DNA from: Rhizodiscina lignyota
Taxonomy: Eukaryota
Length of the DNA: 64,000 bases
Assembly (NCBI GenBank): GCA_010015805.1
Contig: ML978123.1
Coordinates: 2,046,001 to 2,110,000, forward strand
Direction: 5' to 3'
In this document: piece after piece, positions 48,158 through 60,200 of the stretch
Layout: each line of letters starts with the position of its first letter
How positions within the stretch are numbered: position 1 is the stretch's first letter
The notes under the pieces: generated by a model
The model's database searches: none
The model's input: the letters and a program-made list of their open reading frames with translations, nothing else
Told to the model about the DNA's origin: nothing
Program-made: the position numbers and the translations under genes

Positions 48158-49684
48158 ATGGCTGGGACCGGAACCAACTCCCCTCGACCTTCGAGCATCA
48201 TCACACCGGCGCCGCGAAGCGATGAGATTGCCTCTGGAATCGCATGGGCGCGGGAAGTCAAGGATCCTTGGGATCCATCTATACTGACATTGGATGGTGG
48301 TGGTATAAGGGGATATTCGAGTCTGCTCATCATCAAAGCCCTGATGGTAGAGATTGCGAAATGGGAGAACAAAATGGAAGCAGAAATCAAAGGGGAGAAG
48401 ACATTCGACGATAAGGATTTGCTGCCGTGCCATTATTTCGACTACATGTATGGTACATCGACTGGTGGTCTCATCGCCACTATGTTAGCGCGACTACGTA
48501 TGCCGGTGGACGAATGTCTCGAAATATACCGCCAAGTAGGGAACGACCTCTTTGGAACGCGCCGATCACGCATCCCCTTAACAACAAAGTACTACCACGA
48601 ACCTCTCGAGCGAGCGGTGAAGCGCATTACCACTGACCACTGTCCACTACCTCATGAGGACTGCGATGGGGAAGACTATTACCCATGGCACCCCGAGCTC
48701 GACAGTCCTGCCGAAGACGCCTCGCCCATCTCCACCATGTCATCCTTCTCTGTGTCCAATCCGTCCCACCACATCTGCCAGGCCATTTGCCTAACGGCCA
48801 CACATAATCAAAGCATATCGGAAGCCTACCTCCTGCGCACATACCCTCACCGTTACGTTAACGTCGCGAATTGGATTACATTATACAATGAAGGCGCAGA
48901 TCCGCTCAAGATATGGCAAGTCACGCGTGCTACCTCAGCCGCGCCGTTCTACTTCGAGCAACTAGAAGCGTACGTGCGCGGGGAGCTAAAGATCTTCAAG
49001 GACGGCGGTATCCGCGAGAATAACCCGTCAGGCGCGGCATGGAGTGAGTTCGTCTCTCTATACGGCGAGCGTCGTGATCCTGCGCTGCTGCTGAGCATTG
49101 GTACGGGCCGACCAAACCAACAGAACGATGGCTTCGCAGCGGCGTGGCCAGCACCGTTTGGCCGCTACACCCTCGTGAAGAAGTGGTCGGAGAAGATGGC
49201 AGTGTTCCGCAACCTGTTAGTCAAGTACACCGAGGGTGAGCGGCAGCACCGCGCGATGATGGACACGGCGAGGGGTCAGAATACGTGGTACAAGCGGCTT
49301 AACGTGTGCGAGGGACTACAGACGATGAAGCTGGATAATTGGGAGCGCGGGGAATGGAAGAATCCCCTGACGGGAGAGGAGAAGGTTGTTGTGGGCGGAG
49401 CAACTCTGACGAGGATGGAGAAGGCGGTGGAGAACTACCTCACCAGGGAGTTCGACCACGGCGAGGGCGACACGTATGCGCCGCCGAAAGTCATGCTCGA
49501 GCAGGCGGCAGAGAAGTTGGTGAGACAGCGGAGAGCGCGGGAGCGAAGCAAGAATCTGTATCCGAAGCGGTGGGAGACGTTTATGGGAGAGCATTTGCAC
49601 AGGGAGAAACCAAGGGGAGAGCAAGCGGAAGAGGCTTCTGCGAGTATTGCGGGCGGTGCGGGAGACCAGTCTGCGGAGAGGTGA
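48158..49684 (+). CDS. Patatin-like phospholipase
   Basis: LTLDGGGIRG, YFDYMYGTSTGG (GxSxG), RATSAAPFYF, FKDGGIRENNP, LLSIGTG. First ATG at 48158. Confidence 0.92.
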   Translation: MAGTGTNSPRPSSIITPAPRSDEIASGIAWAREVKDPWDPSILTLDGGGIRGYSSLLIIKALMVEIAKWENKMEAEIKGEKTFDDKDLLPCHYFDYMYGTSTGGLIATMLARLRMPVDECLEIYRQVGNDLFGTRRSRIPLTTKYYHEPLERAVKRITTDHCPLPHEDCDGEDYYPWHPELDSPAEDASPISTMSSFSVSNPSHHICQAICLTATHNQSISEAYLLRTYPHRYVNVANWITLYNEGADPLKIWQVTRATSAAPFYFEQLEAYVRGELKIFKDGGIRENNPSGAAWSEFVSLYGERRDPALLLSIGTGRPNQQNDGFAAAWPAPFGRYTLVKKWSEKMAVFRNLLVKYTEGERQHRAMMDTARGQNTWYKRLNVCEGLQTMKLDNWERGEWKNPLTGEEKVVVGGATLTRMEKAVENYLTREFDHGEGDTYAPPKVMLEQAAEKLVRQRRARERSKNLYPKRWETFMGEHLHREKPRGEQAEEASASIAGGAGDQSAER

Positions 49685-50361
49685 AGAGCCTTCAACGAGC
49701 GCCAGAATGCAGCTGGTCACACCAGTTGAACACCTTTGAAGACACCTTACCTTTGGCAAAAGCGACGTTCGGCGACCAGTCGCGACACAGCCGGATAGAT
49801 CTCCGAGGGCTCGCCGTCACTGTTACTGCAAGGTGCAGAAGCGGTCTTATACATGAGAGATTTTGTCAGAGCGGAGCCGACGCGAAGAAATACGAGAGGA
49901 TACGATTGCTGTCAAGGTCACGAAACGCTCCTTCGATCTTATTGTTGGATTTTGTAAACGCCTGTTTGTCATAGATACCCTCTGGCATAGCGTAGCATAG
50001 CGAAAGACTTGCATTGCATAGCGGTCTTGGGTACTTACTGTTTCGGTATTCTACTCTTCACACCTGTATACTCGGTAGCACTGGAAACAATTGTGAGCAG
50101 ATGTTGTAGTCTATTCGAAGCATTTGATTCGGTCTTTACTGTTTTGTGTGGAGTTTCTTTTGCGATATGTACGTGCTCAAGCAACAAAGAAGGGAGCCAG
50201 AGAAGATCCTCGCATCGGTTTATCATGCCTTTGCCGTACCTACATTAGCCCCCCACGCCAAAGGCCGTTCTATAGCAAGAGCAAGTTTATGAGCTCTGAT
50301 GTCGCAAAAAAAAGTTCGCCATGCCTGTATCGTGAGAGGGGGACATGAATGCGCACTCCAC

Positions 50362-52387
50362 TTATGCAGTGTAGGTCGAGGCAGAGACGTTGCCACCCCT
50401 GCCGGTCCAGTTGACGTGGATGTCCTGGCCCTCGGGATACTTCTCTCTGGCAAACTCGGGCTTGATGCGGAAGGTGTGGGCGCCGAAGTAGTCACGCTGG
50501 GCCTGGAGCAGGTTCGCGGGCAGATCCTTTGTCCTGTAGCCGTCATAGAAGGAGAGCGCGGTGCTGAACGCCGGAGTGGGGATACCCCACAGGGCGCCCT
50601 TGGAGACGATGTCACGCCAGCCTGGCTGAGCCTTGTGGATGGCCTTGTTGAAGAAGTCGTCGAAGAGCAGGTTCTCGAGATCGGGGTTCTGACGGAAGGC
50701 GTGGGTGATGTCCTTGAGGAAGACGGAGCGGATGATGCAACCACCACGCCACATGAGGGCGATCTCAGGCTTGTTGAACTTCCAGCTGTACTCCTTACCA
50801 GCCTGTTAAAGTATTTGTTAGTGTGGACTTGCGCGGAATCATCTTCCAAGTCACTTACTTGCTGGATCAGCATGAAACCTTGAGCGTAGGAGATGATCTT
50901 GGACGCGTAGAGTGCCTGCTCAAGATTGGCAATGAACTCCTCCTTGTTACCACTGAACTCCGGCTTGGGTCCATCGAGAACCTTGGCAGCGCGGCCACGC
51001 TCAGCCTTGATAGCAGACAAGCAACGGGCAAAGACGGCTTCGCCAATGAGAGTTACAGGCATGCCGAGGTCGAGAGCGTTGATGGCAGTCCACTTGCCGG
51101 TACCCTTCTGTCCAGCGGCGTCGAGGATCTTCTCAACGAGCGGTGTGCCGTCGTCGTCGTTGAAGTACATGATGTCGCGGGTGATCTCGATGAGGAAGGA
51201 GTCCAATACGCCCTTGTTCCACTTGGCGAAGACGTCACCAATCTCCTTGCCTGACAGGCCGAGTCCACGCTTCATGATATCGTATGCCTGCCTAGTGTTA
51301 CTAAAGGAATTTCACTTGACAGAACAAATTATGATAAGAACATACCTCGCTGATCAGCTGCATGTCACCGTACTCAATGCCGTTGTGAACCATCTTAACG
51401 TAGTGGCCTGCGCCCTCATCACCGACCCACTCGCAGCAAGGCTCGCCATCGCTCTTGGCCGCGATGCTCTGGAAGACGTCCTTGATGTAGGGCCAGGCCT
51501 CCTCGTTGCCACCGGGCATGATACTCGGGCCATAACGAGCGCCCTCCTCACCACCAGAGACACCAGCACCGACAAAGCGAATACCCTTGCTAAGGAGATA
51601 CTTGGTGCGGCGAGTAGTGTCGGGGTAGTGTGAATTGCCGCCGTCAATGATGATGTCGCCTTGCTCGATACCGGCGCCCAGAAGTTGCTCAATAAAGTCA
51701 TCGACAGCCTTGCCAGCTTGGACGAGCAGCATCATCCTCCTTGGCTTCTTGAGCTTCTGCACAAACTCCTCGATGGAGTGAGCTCCAACGACCGACTTTC
51801 CTTTTGCCTGGTCCCATGTTCAGCATGGTGTAAAATTGTTGGGAGATGTTCAACGAACCTCATTCGCCGTGAATCGGTCAACCTTTGCGACTGTACGGTT
51901 GAACGCAATGACAGTGAAGCCATGGTCCGCCTGTTCGGGGTATGTGTCAGGGCGGTGCTAAGACCGGTAGAGTGAGAGCACAAACCGCGTTCAAGATCAG
52001 GTTTTGACTGCCACAAAGTCAGCAGTGCTTCATAGATGTCGGAATATCTTGAACTTACCCCATGACGGCCAAACCAATGAGACCGAAGTCTCCTTCAGGA
52101 CTAAAATTTGACTGCGCCAGGCCTCCCACAAGGCGGGAAAGCCGGGCGCTACATGTCAGTCTCAGCTTAACTCAATTGAATGGAGGACGCGTATTGCGAG
52201 CTTTAGAGCCATGCTCGCGAACAGATGGGAAGCACAGCAGCAGCCCGAGAAGCTTTTCGTGGAAGAAATCTTCCGTCGGGCAAGGAAGGAAAGTCTGTAA
52301 CACTACCGGAGCTCCTGCGGGAAGAGTCGCGGGCAGTGATATACAGCATGCGGGGAGATGAAATCGGGCTTACCCGGCTGAAGACAT
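50362..52387 (-). CDS. GND1: 6-phosphogluconate dehydrogenase, decarboxylating; multiple introns including 14-nt and 22-nt exons
   Basis: [96 protein letters not shown]. Confidence 0.97.
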
Positions 52388-53073
52388 GATGCAGAGATGT
52401 AGAAGCGAGGAAGCGTTGTGGTCGAGAAGATTGAGCAATTCGTGTGCGAAATTGAAGTTTTTCGGTGGGAGCAGGCGGGACGTGGGATATAGATTGCTGG
52501 GGAAGACCGTTTGCGTGTTTGGAGGGGTGATTATGGAGGGGCTTACAAAACAGGCACTAGCCTGATTCTGCCGCCATACAAGCCCGACGCGACTGTATAT
52601 TGTGCGACGTGTTTTGCTTAGTGATTAATGATGGCAGCAGGCACTGTCTGCTACGCATCTCTGACTGATCCGTCCCCAATCGTCCCCCATCCGCTCCTCC
52701 CAGCGTGTGAATCGACGACGACATAGTTGCAAAATGCCCATGAGCGGCGGTAAATCGTAACTCCGCTCCGGTACCTCAGGCTTGGCATCAACCCGACAGC
52801 AGCGAAGGCTGCTCAACCCATGACTGATTCCTTATATTCTCGCGCTCTGCTATCAGTCAGCCGCTCAAAACTGCTGAATCAGGCCCAGTCAAGCAGAGAA
52901 GCCAGTACTCGTCCGGCCTTTCGAGAGCGGAACATCCTAACCTGCAGCGTCGCCCCAGACGCGCGCACTCTTGCGCTTTCGAGCTCTGTGAGTCGCGTCT
53001 AGCAGCACCGCAGCCGCAAGGCCTGTAAGCCTCACCCTACCTCTAAGCAGATCCCAAGCACACTTCGTTTATC

Positions 53074-54261
53074 ATGTCGTATCCGCCACCTCCAGGTCTC
53101 AAAACCTCAAAGCCAAAATCTGGCTCATCGACTCCGCAGCCACATCCTTCTCTCCCCGCGCGCCCGCCACCTCCAGCTTCGTCACTCCCACCGAGGCCAT
53201 CGAACGCCAATGGATCTGGTCATTCTGGCGCTGGCGCAAGACCGGGAGGCTTGACAAGCTTCACAGGCTTCAAACCTCGTTCCGTAGCCTCTTCTAACGC
53301 TGGCTGGCAGCAACAGCATCAATCCTACCCTCCGAGTGTCTCTGCTGGTCCTACACCACCTCCAAACTTCCCAGGTGCTCAGGGCGGCTACAACCAAGGT
53401 TATGGCCCACAATCGTACTACTCACAACCGGCGCAAGCTCCGGCGGCCTACTATGGTCAAGCGCAAATGCCTTACAGCCAGGAGACACCTCCTCAGATCC
53501 GCAATCCTTTCCCGGCACCAGGACCAGGAGGTGCTGGTGGAGGAGTGCCAACCTACGACCCGCAGCTGGAGGCGGACATAGCTCAATGGCAAAGTCAATA
53601 CGCTCCAAGGGACGACGCATCAGGAAAAGGATTTACCAGAAATCGTGCAGAGGGAGCCGCGTCTGCTGGTGGCGCGAATGCGATACCTTTGGGCATGCGT
53701 GCCAATGGCGCCAGTGCTGCGAGCAACATTGACATTGCTGCAGCTGCTCCGTCAGATACGGGTGTTGCAGCAGTCGTCGCGGGCCCAGAGGGCAGGAAAA
53801 CCGTTGTGCGTAGTGGCGGTGGCCAGTCATGGAGCGATTCAAGCTTGCTAGAGTGGGATCCTGCGCATTTCAGGCTTTTCATCGGCAATCTGGCAGGAGA
53901 AGTCACTGATGATTCTCTGCTCAAGGCGTTCTCCAGATACTCCTCCATTCAGAAAGCGCGCGTCATCAGGGACAAGCGCACAACGAAGAGCAAAGGATAT
54001 GGCTTCGTGAGCTTTAGCGATGGCGACGACTACTTCCAGGCAGCGAAAGAAATGCAGGGCAAGTACATTGGAAGCCACCCGGTCTTGATCAAGCGCAGCA
54101 CGACAGACATCAAAGTGTCAAATCCAGCAGAGAAGAAGAAGCAGTTCAAAGGCGGCAAGGGTGGCAAGGGTGGATATGAGGCGGGAGCACGAGCAAACAC
54201 GGGCGCTGGTGTGAGCAAGAAGCCAGCAAAGACAAAGGGTGGACTGAAGATATTAGGATGA
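53074..54261 (+). CDS. RRM RNA-binding protein, RBM42-like
   Basis: TVVRSGGGQSWSDSSLLEWDPAHFRLFIGNLAGEVTDDSL..ARVIRDKRTTKSKGYGFVSF..EMQGKYIGSHPV. Confidence 0.88.
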   Translation: MSYPPPPGLKTSKPKSGSSTPQPHPSLPARPPPPASSLPPRPSNANGSGHSGAGARPGGLTSFTGFKPRSVASSNAGWQQQHQSYPPSVSAGPTPPPNFPGAQGGYNQGYGPQSYYSQPAQAPAAYYGQAQMPYSQETPPQIRNPFPAPGPGGAGGGVPTYDPQLEADIAQWQSQYAPRDDASGKGFTRNRAEGAASAGGANAIPLGMRANGASAASNIDIAAAAPSDTGVAAVVAGPEGRKTVVRSGGGQSWSDSSLLEWDPAHFRLFIGNLAGEVTDDSLLKAFSRYSSIQKARVIRDKRTTKSKGYGFVSFSDGDDYFQAAKEMQGKYIGSHPVLIKRSTTDIKVSNPAEKKKQFKGGKGGKGGYEAGARANTGAGVSKKPAKTKGGLKILG

Positions 54262-54713
54262 GCGTCGGGGAGCATGTGCACAAGCAGTTCGGATGCATTA
54301 TCTGGCGTTGTTGGGAATGGGACAATACCTCAGGAGCGATTGGCGAGGTGGGAAGGAGCGAACACACAAGTGTACCATAGCGATTGCCGGCTGGCAACAT
54401 CGAAATCCAAAAATTGCCCATCTCCATCTTCTTTGTATTATTTGCAATGCATCAAAGCCATTTACCCACCCCGGCGCATTCGCCGGAAGATGCGACAGAG
54501 ATGCGCAAGGACTCGCCGGCCTCGATTCTTGTGGCAGACGCCGCCGATCTTGATGCATTCGAGATCACGTGCTCGCCAAAATCGGCGGCGCGCGCTCGAA
54601 CGCGACAGACGATCGTGAACGAGCCTCATCAGCCGCACCAACTCTACACCTCTTACCCGCCTTTTCCTGACATCTCCGACCACTCCCCCCTCAATCGAGG
54701 GCGCAAGCACAAC

Positions 54714-57252
54714 ATGCAAGACCCTAGCTATGGCGTCCCTGCGCCGCTCGTGAGTGCTTCCACAAACAGCGCGCCACGTTCGCAACGACTGATTATTGCA
54801 ACAGCTCCCTCATGTCCACCTCGTGTCCGAGTTCCGCTTGCCGGTCACGCATACCATGTCGCTTGACATGGCCGTCGATTACCTCATCCAGGCCCCCAAG
54901 ATTGTGAGGGAAGTCCATGCCATGTCCTGGACATACTTCTCCACTCCTCCCCCCGACGGTCAATCTTTCTTGGTCTGGCAGCCGCAGCGTCAGGGACTGA
55001 GAGCTTCAAGTGATGGATACATTTGGGTGGACCCTGAGACTTCATTTCAGCAGGAAGTGAAAGGCTATGTGAGTTTGCACTCCCGTTTCATAAACGCCGC
55101 GAGTAGCTACTAAACAAACATTTTACAGACCATCGAAATAGTCATACACCGCAGCGGCTACAGACTCGGAGAACAATTCACGGCCCATAGCCGACAGCGC
55201 TTCCGACTCATTGGCAAGAATCCTGCGGCTCCGGGCCCAAACCCCGATCCCTCGCTGTGGATCATACATTATTCTGGCTCTGAAGCAGCCAATCGCTTTC
55301 CCGTCCAGCGTTTCCCACCTCAAGCGGACATTGTCAAGCAGCAAAGAGAGCGACAAATGTTGGAGCAACAGGGACAACTGCCTCGTAGACCGTTTATGTT
55401 ACATGACCGACAGAACTGGCCGCAGGTCAATCTTTCCGGTCCTGGTTCAATGCCAGGTCCTACGGGTGGAATGTTCCCGTCACAGATGCAGCAGCAAATG
55501 GGTGTTGGCATGAACAGAAACCAGGCACAGCAGTTCTACCAACAACAAGCGGGCATGATGGGACAACCGCCGTCCAAACGCCTTCGACAGACTGGACCTG
55601 CACAAATGCCTGGTATGGGAGCACCGGGTATGCCGCCAGGAATGGCCGGAATACAGCACGATCCTTTCCTTGAGGAAGAAGAGAGTGTTGCGCTTGGCGA
55701 CTACTTTGACCACCTCACACCGCGTGAAATCAGCATCGTAAGGTACACGCAGCACCATGAGTGGATGGAGGAGATCTTCTCTTCTCCTTACCCGGCGCAT
55801 CAAATTGCCCCCGTCGATTTAGGCCTCGGCTTGTCTGGTGAACTTGCAGAGATTACGCGTGGTATCCTTGACGCTCCAGTCGGCGATCCAAAGGTTCCAT
55901 CGAAACAGTATAGCAAACTCGACCAGGCTCAGCAGGAGGAGTTTGAGAAGAGGGTAAATGCGTTCATCGCGAAAGGGGAGGGAGAGTTGGAGAGAATGCG
56001 TGCAGAGCATGCTAAGACCATGGCTGAACTACGAAAGGGCAAGACATACATGAAAGCAGAGCGGCAGCTCAAGGATGCCCAACATGCAATGCGCGAGTCT
56101 TCTCCTGCCGAGGAAGGAAGCCCTGATCCGATCGATGCAATCGTCCAAGGGGTCGAAAATACGCTAGGGGTCACGGTTGGACCCCGCCGAGACGTCCTGT
56201 GTGTATCCAAAGGCGGTCTTATTGAAGAAGAACAGAAGCCACAAGAGGAAGTCAATGGTACGAAGGATGAGTCTGCAAATGGAGCACAAGATGCATTCAA
56301 TGGGAACGGTTTCTCCAATGACGATATGGAAGAAGATGCTAACGTGGGCGACAACACCGCTGCAGGCTTGCTGGATCAATTTGGAAACAGTGCGTCTTTC
56401 GACAATACGCCCGGCGCTAATCTTTCCACGCCGCAAATGTCAAATCCTGTAAGCCAGGCACAGTCGGCAACTGGTACGCCCGGCGTCACAGCCGCGGATC
56501 AGAATCAGACTCCGGGATTCTCAAATCAAGATGGAATGCAAGGAGGCGTTGAGGCCGCAGATGGCGATGGCCTTGACCTAATCGAAGGCATGGATCTCGA
56601 CATACCAGACATCACTGTCATGCCAGAAGACGATCACGAGCCACCAGCAGAGGACTGGGTCATGGTCAGTGACGAAAGCGGCGACGCGGATCAAGATAAC
56701 GACGTTACACAAGCAGCGCAATCAGTTTCGGCAGGAGAAGCCGGTGGTCAACAAGAGACTTCTTCCGCTGAAATGGTCACAACAGCAGCTGCGCAGGACG
56801 CTTCGGGAACGGCGACAGCAGACCCAACCACATCGATTGCACCAGCCACCGAGCCAGCCACTGCTCCCACCGCCACGAACCCGACTCCTGCCACTAGCAA
56901 CAATACGCCCGGCATGTTCGACGCAACCAACGACTTTGAGAACGACTTCACGAACATCGACTCCGCGGGCGACGCGCTGGCAGACTTCACCGGCGCAGGA
57001 GGCGATGGCATGGACGATCTAGGCCTTGACGATTCGGCGTTTGGCGAAGCCATGCAGGGCATGGACTCAACTGACGACGTAGGCGCTGGCGAAGCGGGAG
57101 AGACGGCTGGCGTTGATGGCGCTGGTGCTGAAGCTGGAGATGGCGGGGATGCTGTGACTGCGGGGCATGAGCGCACGGCTGCTGCCGGTGAGGGCGAAGG
57201 TGAAGGTGGTACGGCAGATGCTACTACTGGTGGTGATGATATGCCAGCTTGA
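54714..57252 (+). CDS. SSR4: SWI/SNF and RSC complex subunit Ssr4 (DUF1750); two 5' introns
   Basis: MQDPSYGVPAPL|LPHVHLVSEFR..YLIQAPKIVRE..LVWQP..ASSDGYIWVDPE, DPSLWIIHY, GDYFDHLTPREISIVRYTQHHEWMEEIFSSPY, acidic C-terminus LDDSAFGEAM. Confidence 0.85.
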
Positions 57253-60200
57253 AAAGGTGGCCGGGAGCTTTTCGCCTACAATTGCATCGTGGCTTCCTTG
57301 TTGAACGGCGGGGTAATTTTCACAAGGGCTGGGAGGATCAGCATGGTGGCAGACTGGAGATGGGACTTTTCTCGCGATTCGCGATGCGGTGTAACTTTAT
57401 CGATTTTTCACTGCCGGTGTGTAGATTTACCATTGCTCGAATTGAATGGGAGGTTACCCCGCTGAAGGGTGGCTGTTGAAAACCTTGCACCTCGCAGCGT
57501 CGTGCAAGAACTGGCAGCCACACGAATTTTCTGGAATGAGAGCCGAGGACATGCATCTGGGATGCTCGGCGAGCTTTGCGGTCTGTAAGCCGTATGCATT
57601 GGCAAACGCGTGCTCCTGCTGTATTGGTGCCAGCGATCCATGGTTAGGGTTCATGGTGCTGCTACACACTGTGGTTGGACAAAGGTCTCAGTTCACACGG
57701 GAGCGTGGACAAAGGCGGGTTTGCCACTGTTGCGGGAATAACTATTGACCCTCGTGAAAAGGGCCAATTTCACTCGTTGCTGAGCAATAATACGAGAGGA
57801 GCTCGTTTGCCCTGTTTTCGTTTGCCTCGCACGTTCGTAGTGGGACGGCTGTGTAGTTATTGGAGGTCGACTATGATCTCACACTCGAGACATGACTCGT
57901 TACTCGTTATATATTTCTTTATGAAGATTGTCTACATTAGTACACTGCACAGCCTATTGGATCGACAGGGTGCTCAGCAGGTTGGTACAGCTTTGCCGTA
58001 CGATTACGATCCAATAAATCTGGCATGCGAATGAGAGTTTAAGATGCTGATGGGTGATCGCATGCTTGCTAGGATGGCCCTAGCGCAACGGATGGAGAGC
58101 CTCCTACCCACATGTACTCCGTACCTCCCTATTGTGGGCAACGTTGGCTTATCTCATTGGTGGCTTTTAGATGAAGTATTTCGAACAGCTGTTAGCGATT
58201 AGCGAAGCTGGTGCATCATGTTCTGCTATAGTCGGAGTTTTTGCCGATCCCAACGGTTCCTGCGTCATTTCTCTCATCCATGAGGTTCGTGCGAGACACA
58301 TCCAGAGACATACGATTCAGGCACTGGATATAGAGACCATGTGCGGGTGTGGATGCCAATACGGCTGCTCTGCAAATGGCGAGGGCACGCGAGGAACACC
58401 GTGAAGCGGAAAGCAACTCTCCCGTAAATAGCCTGCTGAGAGATCATCGATGTGGGGTTTGTGCCGTTTGCTACCTCTGCGATGCTCCATCGGTTTTAGC
58501 CCTAATGTGGTGGCCGCAAACAATTTAATGGAACAGCTGCCAGTTGAGTAACTACAAGTGGGTACGGATAGCATCTCCGCATATTGGTCTTCTGCAAGGT
58601 CTCTCGATGATGCCATAGCTGATAGCTGATAGTTGATAGAGAACTGCTGTGGAGAGTCCAAGACATTGACCCGCCTGTGCCGCGACCCTGTATTTTTGGA
58701 ACCGAGATAGAATCCACCGAGCTGGTCGACGGGATGAGCGGATGAGACCAAGCGAATGACTTCATTCCCAAGGCGCCGGCTTTAGAAGTGATTCACTGTG
58801 TCATACATCGAAGAGAATGCGCTCGAGCTTGGAAAAGGACCGGTAGCATGGGTCATTTACTTTAGGTAATACAAAAATTGTGTTGTGCAGAATGATGTCT
58901 CAAGCCAAGAGCGGGTTTAAAAGAAGTACGAGATCTATTGATGAGGTTGAATCACGGGTGCCCGCCACGATGTTAGCCAAGTGGCTCAGCCCTTCTGGAC
59001 TGGTATGCATTAAGGGAGGCAGGCCGTGAGCTCTGCCCTTACCACATCGTGCGTGGTGTGACCCTCTTCTGAGGCATTCCGATGGCGTGAGTGGTTCGAG
59101 AAGGACCGGGAGAAGCTTGTTGACGAATGTGTGTTCCCATGGATACGTGCAGGATCGAAGCATTTTGCGTTCTGCCGTGGAGGGTTTGACAGCAGAGAGA
59201 AATCATCCGGCCACCGGCACACTGCAGATCAATTGCAGCAGGCTTTAACTGTGCCGCTATACAACTTGCCTATAGACGCAGAGTCGATCCTTCTCCGCAC
59301 AACAAAGAATTTGGCAAGATGGTCACATATTGAATGGGAGGAGGTTGAATTTGGATTGGCCACGCTCCTCCTGTCCATCGTCACGAGGTGCCCCAAAACG
59401 GTGTGCGAGCTGCAGGCCGTGCCAAAAATAGCGGGGCGAAAAGGGAAAAAGAAGGAAAAAAGGACGGGAGTCAAGCGCACTCTTGCTCCACCTCTGGCTA
59501 CTTCGTGTTCCTGGCGCTACTTCTCGCGCTCAGCTCCGATTGCTTGAGAAATTGAAGGAGGCCGAGCGGAGTGCGTGCACACTAGAAGGATTGCTTCCTT
59601 CGTGTTTGCTCCCACCGCACCATCGACGGTGCTTTTGCCAGAAGCGCATACGAGAGACTACTGTCTTGACTCTGCGCGAAGGCATCGCGAGAACTTGCAT
59701 CGTGATTTCTGCGGCTGAAGCAACAATACCGGTCGCTTCTCTCCCGATGGCATCGAAGGGAACTTGCCGATCTGAAAGCTTGAATAGCGTCACCTAGCGC
59801 GTAATGCCACGAGAGGGCATCCCAGAGAGGGGAAGCGCGGAAGGCCGTGGCGGCCATATGGCGTAGGCTGGGTCCCAGTCGTTCGCTTACCATGGAGCAA
59901 AGCGTGGTAGCGCAAGACGCGGTGCCACGAGAACGAGCCTGCCCCCTTTCAACATGTTTATCCAATGTTGACCAGCATGCTCCAATCTGCCCCAGACACT
60001 GGCCGGGGCCGGCGATGCGCTCAGATTGATCCCAGGGGACGGTAGATGGCGGCCGCTATGCCCGGCCAGAGCGTGCTGCGGCGTGGAGTGGCTGTGATTC
60101 TTCCAGATGGCTGACAAAGTTGCTCGGCAATTTCCCACTGGCAGAACCCCTTTTGAGGAGCTGCACAGACAACTGCCAGGAATGGCCGAGCGAGACACCC

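Noticed and set aside
34793..50364. Stop-codon readthrough (TGA CTA) peroxisomal extensions in the metabolic genes
   Set aside because: None of the stop codons inspected has the TGA CTA context
50223..50860. Apparent long alternative C-terminus of GND1 in ORF 50223-51275
   Set aside because: Artefact of reading through an intron (~50803-50859); the conserved C-terminus is in ORF 50362-50754
50299..51975. Several long plus-strand ORFs opposite GND1
   Set aside because: Expected from the strong codon bias of a highly expressed gene; no independent gene signals
52627..52668. ATGATG...CTGA C/D snoRNA-like pattern
   Set aside because: Imperfect C box, too short, no terminal stem or recognisable guide
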